64,000 bases of DNA from positions 160,001 to 224,000 of the forward strand of contig CBDCFW010000004.1 in assembly GCA_965216465.1 (NCBI GenBank). Direction: 5' to 3'. Made by a program: the position numbers and the translations under genes. Source of the DNA: Bacteroidia bacterium (GTDB taxonomy: Bacteria; Bacteroidota; Bacteroidia; NS11-12g; UBA9320). The stretch's first letter is position 1; every line of letters begins with the position of its first letter. Below are positions 40,468-51,181 of the stretch, one piece after another. The notes beneath the pieces are model-generated. The model saw nothing but the letters and a program-made list of their open reading frames with translations, did no database searches and had not been told where the DNA came from.

Positions 40468-41316
40468 ATGACCGACAATAAAAAAGCAATTTATTACATG
40501 TTGGCCGCATCCTTTCTGTTTGCGATCATGAATATTATTGTCAAATATTTAGATGAAATACCGGTAGCACAAATCGTATTTATGCGTTCTTTTGTAATGA
40601 TGGCCATGGTTGCTGTTTTGCTCAAAAAACAGAAAGTGTCAGCTTTAGGAACGAACCGTAAACTGCTTGTGATGCGCGGTTTGTTTGGCACTCTCGGAAT
40701 AGCATTGTTCTTTTATACATTACATCAGATGCCACTTGCTTCAGCAGTCGTAATTCATTACCTAACACCCATTATAACGGTGTTGATCGCTGTAATTTTA
40801 ACCCGTCAAAACATTAGACCGATTCAATGGCTCTTCTTTTTAATGTGTTTTATAGGAGTAATGTTGGTAAAAGGTTTTGATGCACGAGTAGACACACTTC
40901 CTTTACTGCTGGGAGTTCTAGGAACAATTGGAGCGGCTTCAGCCTATAATATCATCAGCATACTTAAACGTACAGAACACCATCTTACCATCATGTTTTA
41001 TTTTCCTTTGGTGACGATTCCTTTGGTGTTAATATTCATTGGATTCACCGGAGATTGGGTGTGGACCACCAAACTTAACTGGATGTTGCTTACCGTTGTA
41101 GGCGTCTTAACCTATCTGGCTCAGTATTTCTTAACTCGAGCGTATCAAATAGGAGAGGTGAATAAGGTGTCGGTAATAAGCTATCTCGGAATCTTTTACG
41201 CTCTCGCTTTTGGTTACTTTCTATTCGATGAATGGTACAAACCAATTGTTCTTGGTGGGTTGTTTATGGTTGTAATTGGAGTGATCGGTAACATCGTTTA
41301 TCGACCAAAATCTTAG
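40468..41316 (+). CDS. DMT/EamA family transporter
   Basis: About 10 TMs; QIVF.RS, RGLFG, YFLT.AY. Confidence 0.9.
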   Translation: MTDNKKAIYYMLAASFLFAIMNIIVKYLDEIPVAQIVFMRSFVMMAMVAVLLKKQKVSALGTNRKLLVMRGLFGTLGIALFFYTLHQMPLASAVVIHYLTPIITVLIAVILTRQNIRPIQWLFFLMCFIGVMLVKGFDARVDTLPLLLGVLGTIGAASAYNIISILKRTEHHLTIMFYFPLVTIPLVLIFIGFTGDWVWTTKLNWMLLTVVGVLTYLAQYFLTRAYQIGEVNKVSVISYLGIFYALAFGYFLFDEWYKPIVLGGLFMVVIGVIGNIVYRPKS

Positions 41317-42567
41317 TTACTTTCGAATTGCTACTACAGGGTCCATGCGTGCGGCTCTTAAAGCCGGAGCTAATCCCGCGACTAATCCAATGCAGATGGA
41401 AATAAACACTCCAAAAAGAAAAATATCTAAACTGTAGAAAATCTTGAAGTCGTATTGAAAATTGACAAAAACACCTCCAATAAAGGTTAGTAATATGCCT
41501 AAAAATGCCCCAACAAAGCAAAGCAGTACCGCTTCGAATAAAAATTGAGAGCGAATAAAACTTTTCTTCGCTCCGAGTGATTTTTGAAGTCCAATAATCG
41601 AAGTTCTTTCTTTAACAGAGACAAACATGATATTGGCGATTCCAAACCCTCCAACCAACAATGAAAAAATACCAATAATAATTCCGCCAATATTTAGGAG
41701 TGCAAAACTTTGGTCTAGTTGGTCGCTGAACATGGTTAGTTTATTGATGGCAAAGTTGTCATCGTCTTTTGGTCGCAGTTTACGCATTGAACGCATCAAA
41801 CGCTTGATTTCATAGGTGACCACTTTTAAATCTTGATCGTCGTAGCCCTTTATAATCAGTGCTGATGAAACGCCCATAGTATTGGGTTTGCCAAATCGTT
41901 CAGCATAAGCACCAGGAAGCATGACCAGGTCATCGTGTTGCTGGCCGCCAATGCCGTTTCCTTGAAAAGACAGAATTCCAATAATGGTAACTTTTGCACC
42001 GTTTACTTTAATACTCTTCCCTAATGGGTTTTGACCTTGAAATAGATTTCTAGCTACATTGTATCCAACAATGGCAACATTCTTTCCTTTTTGGTTTTCA
42101 AACGAATTGAACTCTCTACCGAATTCAACCTCCCACTTTGTAATATCGAAATAATCGCCTGTAACGCCAACAACCTTCACGTTGGTTAGCTCTTCAACAG
42201 TAGATTGAACTTTATTCCTACCAAATTCAAAATAAAAAGCCGACGATTTTATAATGTCTTTTTTACTTTCTCGATTAAATCGCTTGTATTCTTTTAGGGT
42301 AGTTTCAGGGCGATTGATATAATCCCACCACTCAAAATTTGAACTAAATACCCATGGCCATTTTTGAACATAAACAATTTTGTCACCAAGCTTATCAATG
42401 TTTGCTCGAATATTCTGTTCGAGTGAGTGCGTAGCAGTAAGAATAGCTACAATACAAAAGATCCCAATGGTTACTCCCAGAACAGATAAGAAGCTACGAA
42501 GCTTATGAGCCCTTAAAAATTTTAGGGTCAGTGTCATCGATTCATAAATGTGTGTTCTGAAATTCAC
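41317..42567 (-). CDS. MacB/FtsX-like ABC transporter permease
   Basis: RSFLSVLGVTIGI, GGFGIANIMFVSVKERT, PALRAARMDPV.AIR. Confidence 0.92.
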   Translation of the reverse strand: MNFRTHIYESMTLTLKFLRAHKLRSFLSVLGVTIGIFCIVAILTATHSLEQNIRANIDKLGDKIVYVQKWPWVFSSNFEWWDYINRPETTLKEYKRFNRESKKDIIKSSAFYFEFGRNKVQSTVEELTNVKVVGVTGDYFDITKWEVEFGREFNSFENQKGKNVAIVGYNVARNLFQGQNPLGKSIKVNGAKVTIIGILSFQGNGIGGQQHDDLVMLPGAYAERFGKPNTMGVSSALIIKGYDDQDLKVVTYEIKRLMRSMRKLRPKDDDNFAINKLTMFSDQLDQSFALLNIGGIIIGIFSLLVGGFGIANIMFVSVKERTSIIGLQKSLGAKKSFIRSQFLFEAVLLCFVGAFLGILLTFIGGVFVNFQYDFKIFYSLDIFLFGVFISICIGLVAGLAPALRAARMDPVVAIRK

Positions 42568-42708
42568 TTTATAACGCCCAAAGATAGGTTGGCATCGATG
42601 GGGTAATTCGCTCTATCGACCAAAGGTATTTATTTTCGATAACAAGCAATAATTCTCCGTTTTCAAGACCATACAAACTTATATCTTGACTTCGCCTTTT
42701 GAATATAT

Positions 42709-42716
42709 TATTTTTG
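42709..42716 (+). promoter_or_regulatory. Bacteroidota -7 box for queA-plsY-clpS
   Basis: TATTTTTG followed by cagc. Confidence 0.6.
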
Positions 42717-42755
42717 CAGCCTTTTTTAGTATACAAAAGAACATCATTCCCATAA

Positions 42756-43805
42756 ATGAAATTATCAGAATTCCACTTCGAACTTGACAAATCCAGAATA
42801 GCATCTACACCACCTTATAATCGTGATGAGTGTAAGCTAATGGTTGTAGATAAAGCAACAAAAACCATTGAACACAAGATGTTTAAAGACATTCTAGATG
42901 AGTTTGATGAAGGAGATGTTATGGTGTTGAACAACGCTAAGGTTTTCCCTGCAAGACTTTACGGTAATAAAGAGAAAACAGGTGCTAAAATTGAAGTGTT
43001 TTTACTTCGTGAGCTTAACAAAGAATTACGTCTCTGGGACGTTTTAGTTGATCCAGCAAGAAAGATTCGTGTTGGAAATAAATTATTCTTTGGCGAAGAT
43101 GAGTTGGTAGCAGAGGTTATCGATAACACGACTTCTAGAGGAAGAACGATTAGATTTTTATTCGACGGAACAGACGAAGAATTTAAAAGCGTAGTTCACA
43201 AATTGGGTCACACTCCAATTCCTAAATACTTAGATCGTGAAGCGACTAAAGAAGATGAAGAAATGTACCAAACCATTTTTGCTGAAGTGGATGGAGCAAT
43301 TGCTCCGCCTGCTGCAGGTCTTCATTTCACGCGAGCTTTAATGATGCGTTTAGAAATTAAAGGTGTTGATTTTGCTAAGGTGAACCTAAACATTGGGCTC
43401 GGAGCATTTAGACCTGTAGAGGTTGAAGATCTTACAAAGCACAAAATGGATTCTGAGCATTTTGTAATCGATCAAGAAGCTGCTGACATCGTAAATAAAG
43501 CAAAAGAAAATAAAAAGAAAGTATGTGCAGTTGGTTCGAGCGTAATGCGTGCACTTGAAAGCTCTGTATCTGCATTTGGAAAACTTAACCCGGATGACAA
43601 TTGGACAGATAAATTTATCTTCCCTCCATACGAACCTCGTATTGCGAATTGTTATTTGACAAACTTCCACCAACCGCAGTCAACACTAATGATGCTTACT
43701 TCTGCATACTTAGATGACCACAAGTTGGCAATGGAAGTATACGAAACTGCTGTTAAGGAAGGTTATAACTTCCTATGCTATGGTGATGCTTTATTAATAA
43801 AGTAA
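42756..43805 (+). CDS. queA: S-adenosylmethionine:tRNA ribosyltransferase-isomerase (divergent motifs)
   Basis: [30 protein letters not shown]. Confidence 0.92.
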   Translation: MKLSEFHFELDKSRIASTPPYNRDECKLMVVDKATKTIEHKMFKDILDEFDEGDVMVLNNAKVFPARLYGNKEKTGAKIEVFLLRELNKELRLWDVLVDPARKIRVGNKLFFGEDELVAEVIDNTTSRGRTIRFLFDGTDEEFKSVVHKLGHTPIPKYLDREATKEDEEMYQTIFAEVDGAIAPPAAGLHFTRALMMRLEIKGVDFAKVNLNIGLGAFRPVEVEDLTKHKMDSEHFVIDQEAADIVNKAKENKKKVCAVGSSVMRALESSVSAFGKLNPDDNWTDKFIFPPYEPRIANCYLTNFHQPQSTLMMLTSAYLDDHKLAMEVYETAVKEGYNFLCYGDALLIK

Positions 43806-43821
43806 AAACCGACGAATTAAT

Positions 43822-44457
43822 TTGGAAACGATATTTATCATATTACTAGCTGTTCTGGCCTATTTAATTGGTTCCATTCCGAGTAGTGTTTGGATTGGAA
43901 AAGCCTATGCCGGTATCGACGTTCGCGATTTTGGAAGTGGGAACGCCGGTGCTACCAATACGTTTAGAGTGTTAGGTAAAGAAATTGGTACTATTGTTCT
44001 ATTTCTTGATGTGATAAAAGGTGTTACCGCTGCAAGTCTTGTTCATTACCTAAATTTTGTTGAACAAGGGACTTTGCAGTTTATAAATCTTCAGCTTTTG
44101 TTCGGAATATTGGCAGTTGTAGGTCATATTTTTCCAATTTTTGAAAATTTTAAAGGAGGAAAAGGAATTGCTACCCTACTTGGTATGTTAATCGGAATCC
44201 ACTATGGCCTAGCACTTTCGTGCTTAGGACTGTTTATTTTGATTTTGTTATTGACAAGATATGTGTCTTTAAGTTCAATTTTGGCCGTAACATCTTTCCC
44301 GATATTAGCTATTTTTGTGTTCCATAGAGAAGAACCATTGCTCATTGCCTTTGGAATCGCCGCAACTATCTTGGTTGTATTGACTCATAAAAAGAATATT
44401 ACCAGATTGATTAACGGAGAAGAAAGCAAAGCTAATTTATTTAAAGCTAAACAATGA
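43822..44457 (+). CDS. plsY: Glycerol-3-phosphate acyltransferase
   Basis: YLIGSIP, GSGNAGATN, GHIFP...FKGGKGIAT, H..NI.RL. Confidence 0.96.
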   Translation: METIFIILLAVLAYLIGSIPSSVWIGKAYAGIDVRDFGSGNAGATNTFRVLGKEIGTIVLFLDVIKGVTAASLVHYLNFVEQGTLQFINLQLLFGILAVVGHIFPIFENFKGGKGIATLLGMLIGIHYGLALSCLGLFILILLLTRYVSLSSILAVTSFPILAIFVFHREEPLLIAFGIAATILVVLTHKKNITRLINGEESKANLFKAKQ

Positions 44458-44741
44458 TTTTCGCCAATTATACAGAAGAAAGTGCCGATTTAGATGTTCT
44501 AGAAGCGGTTGATACAGGATATACAATTATGCTGTATAATGACGAACACAATACTTTCGATCATGTTATAGATTGCTTGATGAAATACTGTAAGCACACG
44601 CTTGAACAGGCAGAACAATGTTCACTTATCGTTCACTATAAAGGAAAGTGTGCGGTTAAAAGTGGATCTGCAGAAAGGCTCACACCAGTATGCAACGCGC
44701 TTACTAGAAAAGGGCTTAGCGCGACGATAGAGAAGTCTTAG
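44454..44741 (+). CDS. clpS: Clp protease adaptor ClpS
   Basis: [26 protein letters not shown]. Confidence 0.92.
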   Translation: MIFANYTEESADLDVLEAVDTGYTIMLYNDEHNTFDHVIDCLMKYCKHTLEQAEQCSLIVHYKGKCAVKSGSAERLTPVCNALTRKGLSATIEKS

Positions 44742-45556
44742 TATTGCTCCTGCTCGTTCGGGAAATCTCTAGATTTTACATCTTTTATATAGTCTCCAAC
44801 CGCATTTTTAATGTCATCATAAAGGTTAAGATACCTTCTTAAGAATCGAGGAGAAAACTCTTTTGTTACACCAAGCATGTCGTGAAGAACCAGCACTTGT
44901 CCGTCAACATCGTTACCAGCACCAATTCCAATCACAGGAATATTTACAGACTCTGCAACTTCCTTAGCCAACTTAGCTGGAATTTTTTCAAGAACGATCG
45001 CAAAGCAGCCTGCTTCTTCAAGTAAAAGAGCATCGGCTTTTAATTTGTTTGCCTCTTCCTCTTCTTTAGCTCGAACCGTATAGGTGCCAAATTTATAGAT
45101 GCTTTGTGGTGTCAATCCAAGATGACCCATAACAGGAATACCTGCAGAGAGTATTCTTTTTACAGACTCAATAACCTCTGAGCCTCCTTCTAGTTTTACA
45201 GAATGTGCTCCACTCTCTTTCATAATTCGAATGGCACTTCGAAGTGCTTCGCTACTATTTCCTTGGTAGCTACCGAAAGGAAGGTCAACAACAACCAGCG
45301 CACGATCAACAGCTTTGAGCACAGATTGTGCATGGTAGATCATGTGATCAAGCGTGATAGGCAAAGTTGATTCGTTTCCAGCCATAACATTAGATGCAGA
45401 ATCTCCAACCAAGATAGCATCGATTCCAGCATCGTCAATAATCTTAGCATAAGAATAATCGTATGCCGTAAGCATAGTGATTTTTTCGCCTCTTAGCTTC
45501 ATTTCTTGAAGCTGACGGGTAGTCATTTTTTTGATGTCATTCTTTGCAACACTCAT
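44738..45556 (-). CDS. panB: 3-methyl-2-oxobutanoate hydroxymethyltransferase
   Basis: [35 protein letters not shown]. Confidence 0.97.
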   Translation of the reverse strand: MSVAKNDIKKMTTRQLQEMKLRGEKITMLTAYDYSYAKIIDDAGIDAILVGDSASNVMAGNESTLPITLDHMIYHAQSVLKAVDRALVVVDLPFGSYQGNSSEALRSAIRIMKESGAHSVKLEGGSEVIESVKRILSAGIPVMGHLGLTPQSIYKFGTYTVRAKEEEEANKLKADALLLEEAGCFAIVLEKIPAKLAKEVAESVNIPVIGIGAGNDVDGQVLVLHDMLGVTKEFSPRFLRRYLNLYDDIKNAVGDYIKDVKSRDFPNEQEQY

Positions 45557-45559
45557 GAT

Positions 45560-46696
45560 TTAGTCTTTTAGGTCTAACATGTATTTTAAACGATCAATCT
45601 CACGCATTAACACCTCGTTGTCTTTCTTCAATCCAGCATTCTGGGCTTCCAATCTTGCCGCTTTTTGCGTGAGTTCTTTGTTCTCTACCTTTATATCTGC
45701 GAGAATATTTGAAAGGTTCAGAATCATATCACCGTTACTTGAATTTTCAATATCTTCTTTGAATGACTCCAAGTACTTCAATCGTTTATTGGCTATAGTT
45801 AAGGCGTTGGAAGCTGAGTCAAGCTTTAAGCTAAGCTCCTCGTTATCAATCTCAAGCTGGTTTGCTTTGCTTAATAAAGTAGTGTCGTAGTTTAACATTG
45901 ATTTACATTGATCAACTTCCTTTTGAAGTCTTTCAATTTCTGCTTGTTGCTGATCAATCTTGGTTCTGAATACCAAAATCACTTCTTGGAATGAAGGGTC
46001 TGCAAGACTGTTCCCTTTTGAAGTGTCAGACGGGTTGCCTGTTGCTAATCCAAAACCAGTTGCCTCTTGTTTAACCAAAATGTCAGATACTGTCATTTCT
46101 GATGCTCCATTGATGAAAAATCCAAAATTTCCATCAACAAATTGATTGTCAAAGGCTGAATAAACAAATTTGTTATTGATGTACAAATCGTAATATCCGT
46201 TTTCTACCTTGAGCATAATTTTGTTCTTCCCTTTTTTGCTGATGGCCGAAGATTTAACCCATCCATCACCCTTAGTAGATCCAGAAAGATAACGCATTTG
46301 TCCTTCATACATCTTGCTCACTTTGAACCGTTTTTTACCATTGATTTCAATAATAATTGCACCATTACCAATGGTTTGACCGTGTACAATTAATCCACCA
46401 GAAGCCATTTTGTTTTTTGTCTTAACCAGTTGAATGGTCGAGATTACTTCAAAAGATTCTAATGGCTTGTCAATTTTTGCATACGAAACAGAATGAGAAG
46501 ACTCACTTATTCTTTTCAATCGATATTGGTTGTTCTCAATTATGAACAATTCAAAAGCATTGTACTTCTGAGGGAACTGGTATCTGTTTTCCGAAAAATT
46601 GTCGATGAGTACCGTATCTTGAAATTTGGTAAAGACATTTTGCCCTTTTGTTAAAAGTGACAAACTTATTATTAAGCCAAATGCTATTATTCTCAT
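45560..46696 (-). CDS. Exported hypothetical protein: beta-sandwich (ConA/DUF1080-like) plus long C-terminal coiled coil
   Basis: Signal peptide from ATG 46696; beta-rich N-terminal domain (YDLYINN.FV, GNFGF); about 130 aa of heptad repeats. Confidence 0.7.
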   Translation of the reverse strand: MRIIAFGLIISLSLLTKGQNVFTKFQDTVLIDNFSENRYQFPQKYNAFELFIIENNQYRLKRISESSHSVSYAKIDKPLESFEVISTIQLVKTKNKMASGGLIVHGQTIGNGAIIIEINGKKRFKVSKMYEGQMRYLSGSTKGDGWVKSSAISKKGKNKIMLKVENGYYDLYINNKFVYSAFDNQFVDGNFGFFINGASEMTVSDILVKQEATGFGLATGNPSDTSKGNSLADPSFQEVILVFRTKIDQQQAEIERLQKEVDQCKSMLNYDTTLLSKANQLEIDNEELSLKLDSASNALTIANKRLKYLESFKEDIENSSNGDMILNLSNILADIKVENKELTQKAARLEAQNAGLKKDNEVLMREIDRLKYMLDLKD

Positions 46697-46732
46697 TTTA
46701 TTTGTGAAAGTTTGCAAAGCTAAACTAAAAAT

Positions 46733-47773
46733 ATGCAAAAAACGATTTGGTTTTATATCGGAATATGGTTTGTTGGAATGATGTTCTCATCCTGTGAGAA
46801 TGAGTTGGATGTTGCTGCCGATTGGAAGGAAACAGCAGTCGTTTATGGCTTGTTAAATCCAACCGATGCAAAACAATATATCCGTATTCAACGAACCTAC
46901 CTGGATGAGAAACGCAATGCTCTATTATTCACGACCAATACCGATTCTTTGTACTACGATAGTTTAGAGGTTAAACTTGATGAATTTGTGAATGGAGCAT
47001 ACGAACAGAGTTATTTTCTGAAACGTGTTGATGGTTCTCAAGTTGGTCATTCAAAAGATTCCGGTGAATTTTCAACTCCAGGCCACTATTTGTACGAGTT
47101 GTCTGACCCTATATTGGCTTCAAATTTCTTGAATACTTACAGCTATACTTTAACAGTGACCAATCCTAGAACAGGATATTCGGTGAACTCAAACTCAGTA
47201 GCGGTTGGGCAGGCAGAAATTTCTTCCCCAGTAAATCCATTCGTTACAGAAATTAGGATTGCATCGACAGACAAACACACATTAGTTGCACGCTATAAAG
47301 AAGGAAAACATGTACGGTCATACGACATGGAAATGAGTATCTATGTAGAAGAAGTGAACAAAGAAGATACTTCAATTAGAGAAACTAAAGTAGTTCGATG
47401 GAAAATGATGACGGGAAATCGAACCACATCATTAGAAGGTTTTAACGAAGAAAGAAAATTGGTTTATAGTGCAGGTTTTTTTAATGCCATGGCCAGCCAA
47501 CTAAATGAAGACGAAGCTATTTATCGTCGCTTGTTGGGCTTTGATTTAAAGTTGTATGGAATTGCGAATGAGTTGTACACTTTTATTACGGTTAATGAAC
47601 CTTCTATAGGAATCGTTCAGAAAAAGCCAGAGTATACTAACGTGCAAAATGGTCTTGGCATTTTCTCTTCTCGCTACATTAATAAGTTCGAAAACGGCAC
47701 TTTTCATGCCGACACACGCTATCACTTACAACTGTCAGAAGCCACTAAAAATCTTGGATTTGTGCGCTATTAA
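46733..47773 (+). CDS. Hypothetical lipoprotein (DUF4249-like)
   Basis: Lipobox FSSC; VVYGLL, QYIRI, YTNV.NGLGIFSSR. Confidence 0.75.
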   Translation: MQKTIWFYIGIWFVGMMFSSCENELDVAADWKETAVVYGLLNPTDAKQYIRIQRTYLDEKRNALLFTTNTDSLYYDSLEVKLDEFVNGAYEQSYFLKRVDGSQVGHSKDSGEFSTPGHYLYELSDPILASNFLNTYSYTLTVTNPRTGYSVNSNSVAVGQAEISSPVNPFVTEIRIASTDKHTLVARYKEGKHVRSYDMEMSIYVEEVNKEDTSIRETKVVRWKMMTGNRTTSLEGFNEERKLVYSAGFFNAMASQLNEDEAIYRRLLGFDLKLYGIANELYTFITVNEPSIGIVQKKPEYTNVQNGLGIFSSRYINKFENGTFHADTRYHLQLSEATKNLGFVRY

Positions 47774-47780
47774 TGTCGTT

Positions 47781-47845
47781 TTGTCATAAAAACAACGCCG
47801 AAAAACTGACAAATAAAGCTGCCACATAAATGGCACTGAAGTTGT
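47781..47845 (+). promoter_or_regulatory. Sigma54-like promoter with upstream inverted repeat before dnaK
   Basis: TGGCACTGAAGTTGT (47831-47845; GG-N10-GT) preceded by TTGTCA-N20-TGACAA. Confidence 0.55.
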
Positions 47846-47879
47846 TTACTCATCAATAAAAATAAATCGAATTTAAAAA

Positions 47880-49796
47880 ATGAGTAAAGTAATTGGAATT
47901 GATTTAGGAACCACCAACTCTTGCGTTTCTGTGATGGAAGGAAACGAGCCAGTTGTAATTCCAAACAGTGAAGGTAGACGAACTACACCATCTATTGTTG
48001 CTTTTATGGACAATGGAAATGGTGAAAGAAAGGTAGGTGATCCTGCAAAAAGACAAGCAATCACAAATCCTCAAAACACGATTAGTTCTGTAAAGCGATT
48101 TATGGGTACGCGTTTTAGCGAGGTTGCTGATGAAGCTGCTAAGATGCCATATAAAGTGGTTAAAGGAGATAACGATACTCCTCGAATTTTAATTGGCGAC
48201 AGACAATATACTCCACAGGAGATTTCGGCAATTACACTTCAAAAAATGAAGAAAACTGCTGAAGACTACCTAGGTACTGGTGTAGATAGAGCAGTTATTA
48301 CAGTTCCTGCATATTTTAACGATAGCCAAAGACAAGCAACTAAAGAAGCTGGTGAAATTGCTGGTTTAAAAGTAGAAAGAGTTGTAAACGAGCCAACAGC
48401 TGCTGCATTAGCTTATGGTTTAGATAAAAAAGACGTTGATCAAAAGATTGCTGTTTATGATTTAGGTGGAGGAACATTTGATATCTCGATTCTAGAACTA
48501 GGCGACGGTGTATTTGAAGTAAAGTCTACTAACGGTGATACGCACCTTGGAGGTGATGATTTTGATCGTGTGATTATGGACTGGTTAGCAGAAGAGTTTT
48601 TGGCTGACGAGAACATGGATCTTAGAAAAGACCCAATGGCTCTTCAACGTTTGAAAGAAGCTGCTGAAAAAGCAAAGATTGAGTTGTCAAGTTCAACACA
48701 AACTGAAATTAACTTGCCTTATATCACCGCTACAGATAGTGGGCCTAAACACCTAGTTCGTTCTTTGAGCAGAGCAAAATTTGAGCAATTAGCTGACGAT
48801 TTAATCCGCAGAAGCATGGAGCCTTGTAAGCAAGCCCTAAGTGATGCAGGTTATACCGCAAGCGATATTGATGAAGTTATTTTGGTTGGAGGTAGTACAC
48901 GTATCCCAAGAATTCAAGAAGAAGTAGAGAAGTTCTTTGGTAAAACTCCTTCAAAAGGTGTTAACCCAGATGAAGTTGTTGCAATTGGTGCAGCTATTCA
49001 AGGTGGGGTGTTAACTGGTGAGGTTAAGGATGTATTACTACTTGATGTAACTCCACTATCTCTAGGTATTGAAACTTTAGGAGGTGTGTTCACTACACTT
49101 ATCGAATCAAATACAACAATTCCTTCGAAGAAGTCACAGGTATTCTCAACAGCTGCAGATAATCAACCTTCTGTAGAGATTCATGTTCTTCAAGGGGAAC
49201 GTTCAATGGCAAAAGACAACAGAACTATTGGAAAATTCTTCCTTGATTCTATTCCGCCAGCAAGAAGAGGAGTTCCTCAAATTGAGGTTACTTTCGATAT
49301 CGATGCTAACGGTATTTTGAACGTAAGTGCAAAAGATAAAGGTACAGGTAAAGAGCAAAACATCAGAATTGAAGCAAGCTCTGGTCTAAGTGAAGACGAA
49401 ATCGAAAGAATGCGTAAAGAAGCAGAAGCAAATGCTGATGCTGATAAAGCAGAAAAAGAAAAAATCGATAAGTTAAACACTGCTGACAACCTTGTGTTTA
49501 CTACTGAAAAACAACTTGAAGAATACGGAGATAAAATTCCTGAGGATAAAAAATCTGCCATTGTTGCTGCTAAAGATGACTTGAAAAAAGCTCATGAAGC
49601 TCAAGATGTTGCAGGTATTGATGCCCATATGGAAACATTAAACAAAGCTTGGGAAGCTGCTTCTCAAGATATTTACAACGCTCAACAAGCTGAAGGCGAA
49701 GCTGCTCCAGGAGCTGATGCAAATGCAAATGCTGAAGCAGGAAATGGCGAAGAAGCTAAAGACGTTGAAGATGTAGACTTCGAAGAGGTAAAATAA
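47880..49796 (+). CDS. dnaK: Chaperone DnaK
   Basis: [25 protein letters not shown]. Confidence 0.99.
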   Translation: MSKVIGIDLGTTNSCVSVMEGNEPVVIPNSEGRRTTPSIVAFMDNGNGERKVGDPAKRQAITNPQNTISSVKRFMGTRFSEVADEAAKMPYKVVKGDNDTPRILIGDRQYTPQEISAITLQKMKKTAEDYLGTGVDRAVITVPAYFNDSQRQATKEAGEIAGLKVERVVNEPTAAALAYGLDKKDVDQKIAVYDLGGGTFDISILELGDGVFEVKSTNGDTHLGGDDFDRVIMDWLAEEFLADENMDLRKDPMALQRLKEAAEKAKIELSSSTQTEINLPYITATDSGPKHLVRSLSRAKFEQLADDLIRRSMEPCKQALSDAGYTASDIDEVILVGGSTRIPRIQEEVEKFFGKTPSKGVNPDEVVAIGAAIQGGVLTGEVKDVLLLDVTPLSLGIETLGGVFTTLIESNTTIPSKKSQVFSTAADNQPSVEIHVLQGERSMAKDNRTIGKFFLDSIPPARRGVPQIEVTFDIDANGILNVSAKDKGTGKEQNIRIEASSGLSEDEIERMRKEAEANADADKAEKEKIDKLNTADNLVFTTEKQLEEYGDKIPEDKKSAIVAAKDDLKKAHEAQDVAGIDAHMETLNKAWEAASQDIYNAQQAEGEAAPGADANANAEAGNGEEAKDVEDVDFEEVK

Positions 49797-49816
49797 TATT
49801 TAGCATATTCAATTTG

Positions 49817-49855
49817 AATCCCGTTCCGATGAATTTCGAGAACGGGATTTTTTTT
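49817..49855 (+). terminator. Intrinsic terminator after dnaK
   Basis: AATCCCGTTC...GAACGGGATT followed by a T run. Confidence 0.85.
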
Positions 49856-49892
49856 ATGCAACTTTTTTAACTTTGGACACATCTGCATACCA

Positions 49893-51134
49893 ATGAAAAA
49901 GATAAACATAATCTTAGTACTACTTCTTTTTGGTCTAGTTTCATCCGCTCAGACTAAAAAGGTATTGTTTGTTGGAAATAGCTACACCTATTTCAACGAT
50001 CTGCCTAACACACTCAAAGCTATAGCACTTGATGCCGGCGATTCGGTTGATGTGGCAACTCATACTGCTGGAGGTGCTCGAATAAGCCAACATGCCAACA
50101 GTGCAGAACTTTACGACAAGATTAGAACAACCGTGTGGGATTATGTTGTTATCCAATGTCAAAGCCAAGAACCCTCATTTCCTGATGGTCAAGTGGCTAC
50201 GCAAGTTTTTCCTCATGCTAAGCGCATATGCGATAGTATACGTGCAAACAACAGCTGTACTATCCCATTATTTTTTATGACGTGGGGCCGCAAGAACGGC
50301 GATGCTTCAAATTGCAGTGTATGGCCACCTATTTGCACTTATGAAGGTATGGACAGCATCTTACGTTCAAACTATATAAAAATGGGCTTGAACAATCAAG
50401 CGGAGGTGTGTCCCGTTGGTGTGGTTTGGAATACGTTAATCAATAATGGAACCGCAATAGAGTTATATAATCCTGACGAGTCTCATCCAGCCAGGGAAGG
50501 AACGGTTGCAGCCGCATATACCTTTTACGCGACGATTTTTAGAAAAAGTGCTCAGTCTTCGTCTTTTAAATACACCTTGCCTCAATATCAAATCGACTCG
50601 ATTCGAAATGCTGTTGATGCAGTTATGGAGGGGAATTGGGATACGTACAATATTGGTGTAAATGACCCAGATCCATCATTTACTCAAGCCATGAACAGTT
50701 GTACAGTATCGGTGCAAGCCAATAATGATTTTGACAATTATCATTGGGATTTTGGCGACGGTTTTGATACCATAGCAGGCAAGAACTATGTTCACCAATA
50801 TGCATCTTCTGGAACATATACCGTAAAGTTAAGTGTTTCAGAATGTTCGCAATCTTCTGTAGATAGTGTGGTTGTTGGTTGCGATCGAACAGTTGGAGTG
50901 AGCGCTATTCAAGAAGAAAATTTAAAGGTGTATCCAAATCCAACACAAGGGAAGGTAATACTGCCAAATGGTTGGCAATTACTAGAAATTACTACAAGTC
51001 TTGGTAGTGAAGTTCCCTTTGAACAAAGGAGTAGTAATGAGATTCAGATCATAGGAAATATGCCTCAAGTTCTGTATCTATTTTTACAGAATTCAAATGA
51101 CTCCATTGCTGTGAAGAAAGTACTAGTGCAATAG
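49893..51134 (+). CDS. Secreted SGNH-like hydrolase with PKD domain and T9SS CTD
   Basis: FVGNSYT, D.SHP, WDFGDG, VYPNPT; TAACTTTG box at 49868. Confidence 0.85.
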   Translation: MKKINIILVLLLFGLVSSAQTKKVLFVGNSYTYFNDLPNTLKAIALDAGDSVDVATHTAGGARISQHANSAELYDKIRTTVWDYVVIQCQSQEPSFPDGQVATQVFPHAKRICDSIRANNSCTIPLFFMTWGRKNGDASNCSVWPPICTYEGMDSILRSNYIKMGLNNQAEVCPVGVVWNTLINNGTAIELYNPDESHPAREGTVAAAYTFYATIFRKSAQSSSFKYTLPQYQIDSIRNAVDAVMEGNWDTYNIGVNDPDPSFTQAMNSCTVSVQANNDFDNYHWDFGDGFDTIAGKNYVHQYASSGTYTVKLSVSECSQSSVDSVVVGCDRTVGVSAIQEENLKVYPNPTQGKVILPNGWQLLEITTSLGSEVPFEQRSSNEIQIIGNMPQVLYLFLQNSNDSIAVKKVLVQ

Positions 51135-51181
51135 GGCACTAATGCAAAAATCTTCTAATTTTACAGCAAAATATTAGAATC

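Noticed and set aside
42569-42790. 73-aa ORF between the ABC permease and queA
   Set aside because: It spans the divergent promoter region, overlaps the queA start and has no protein-like features.
47774-47879. CIRCE element before dnaK
   Set aside because: No TTAGCACTC-N9-GAGTGCTAA match.
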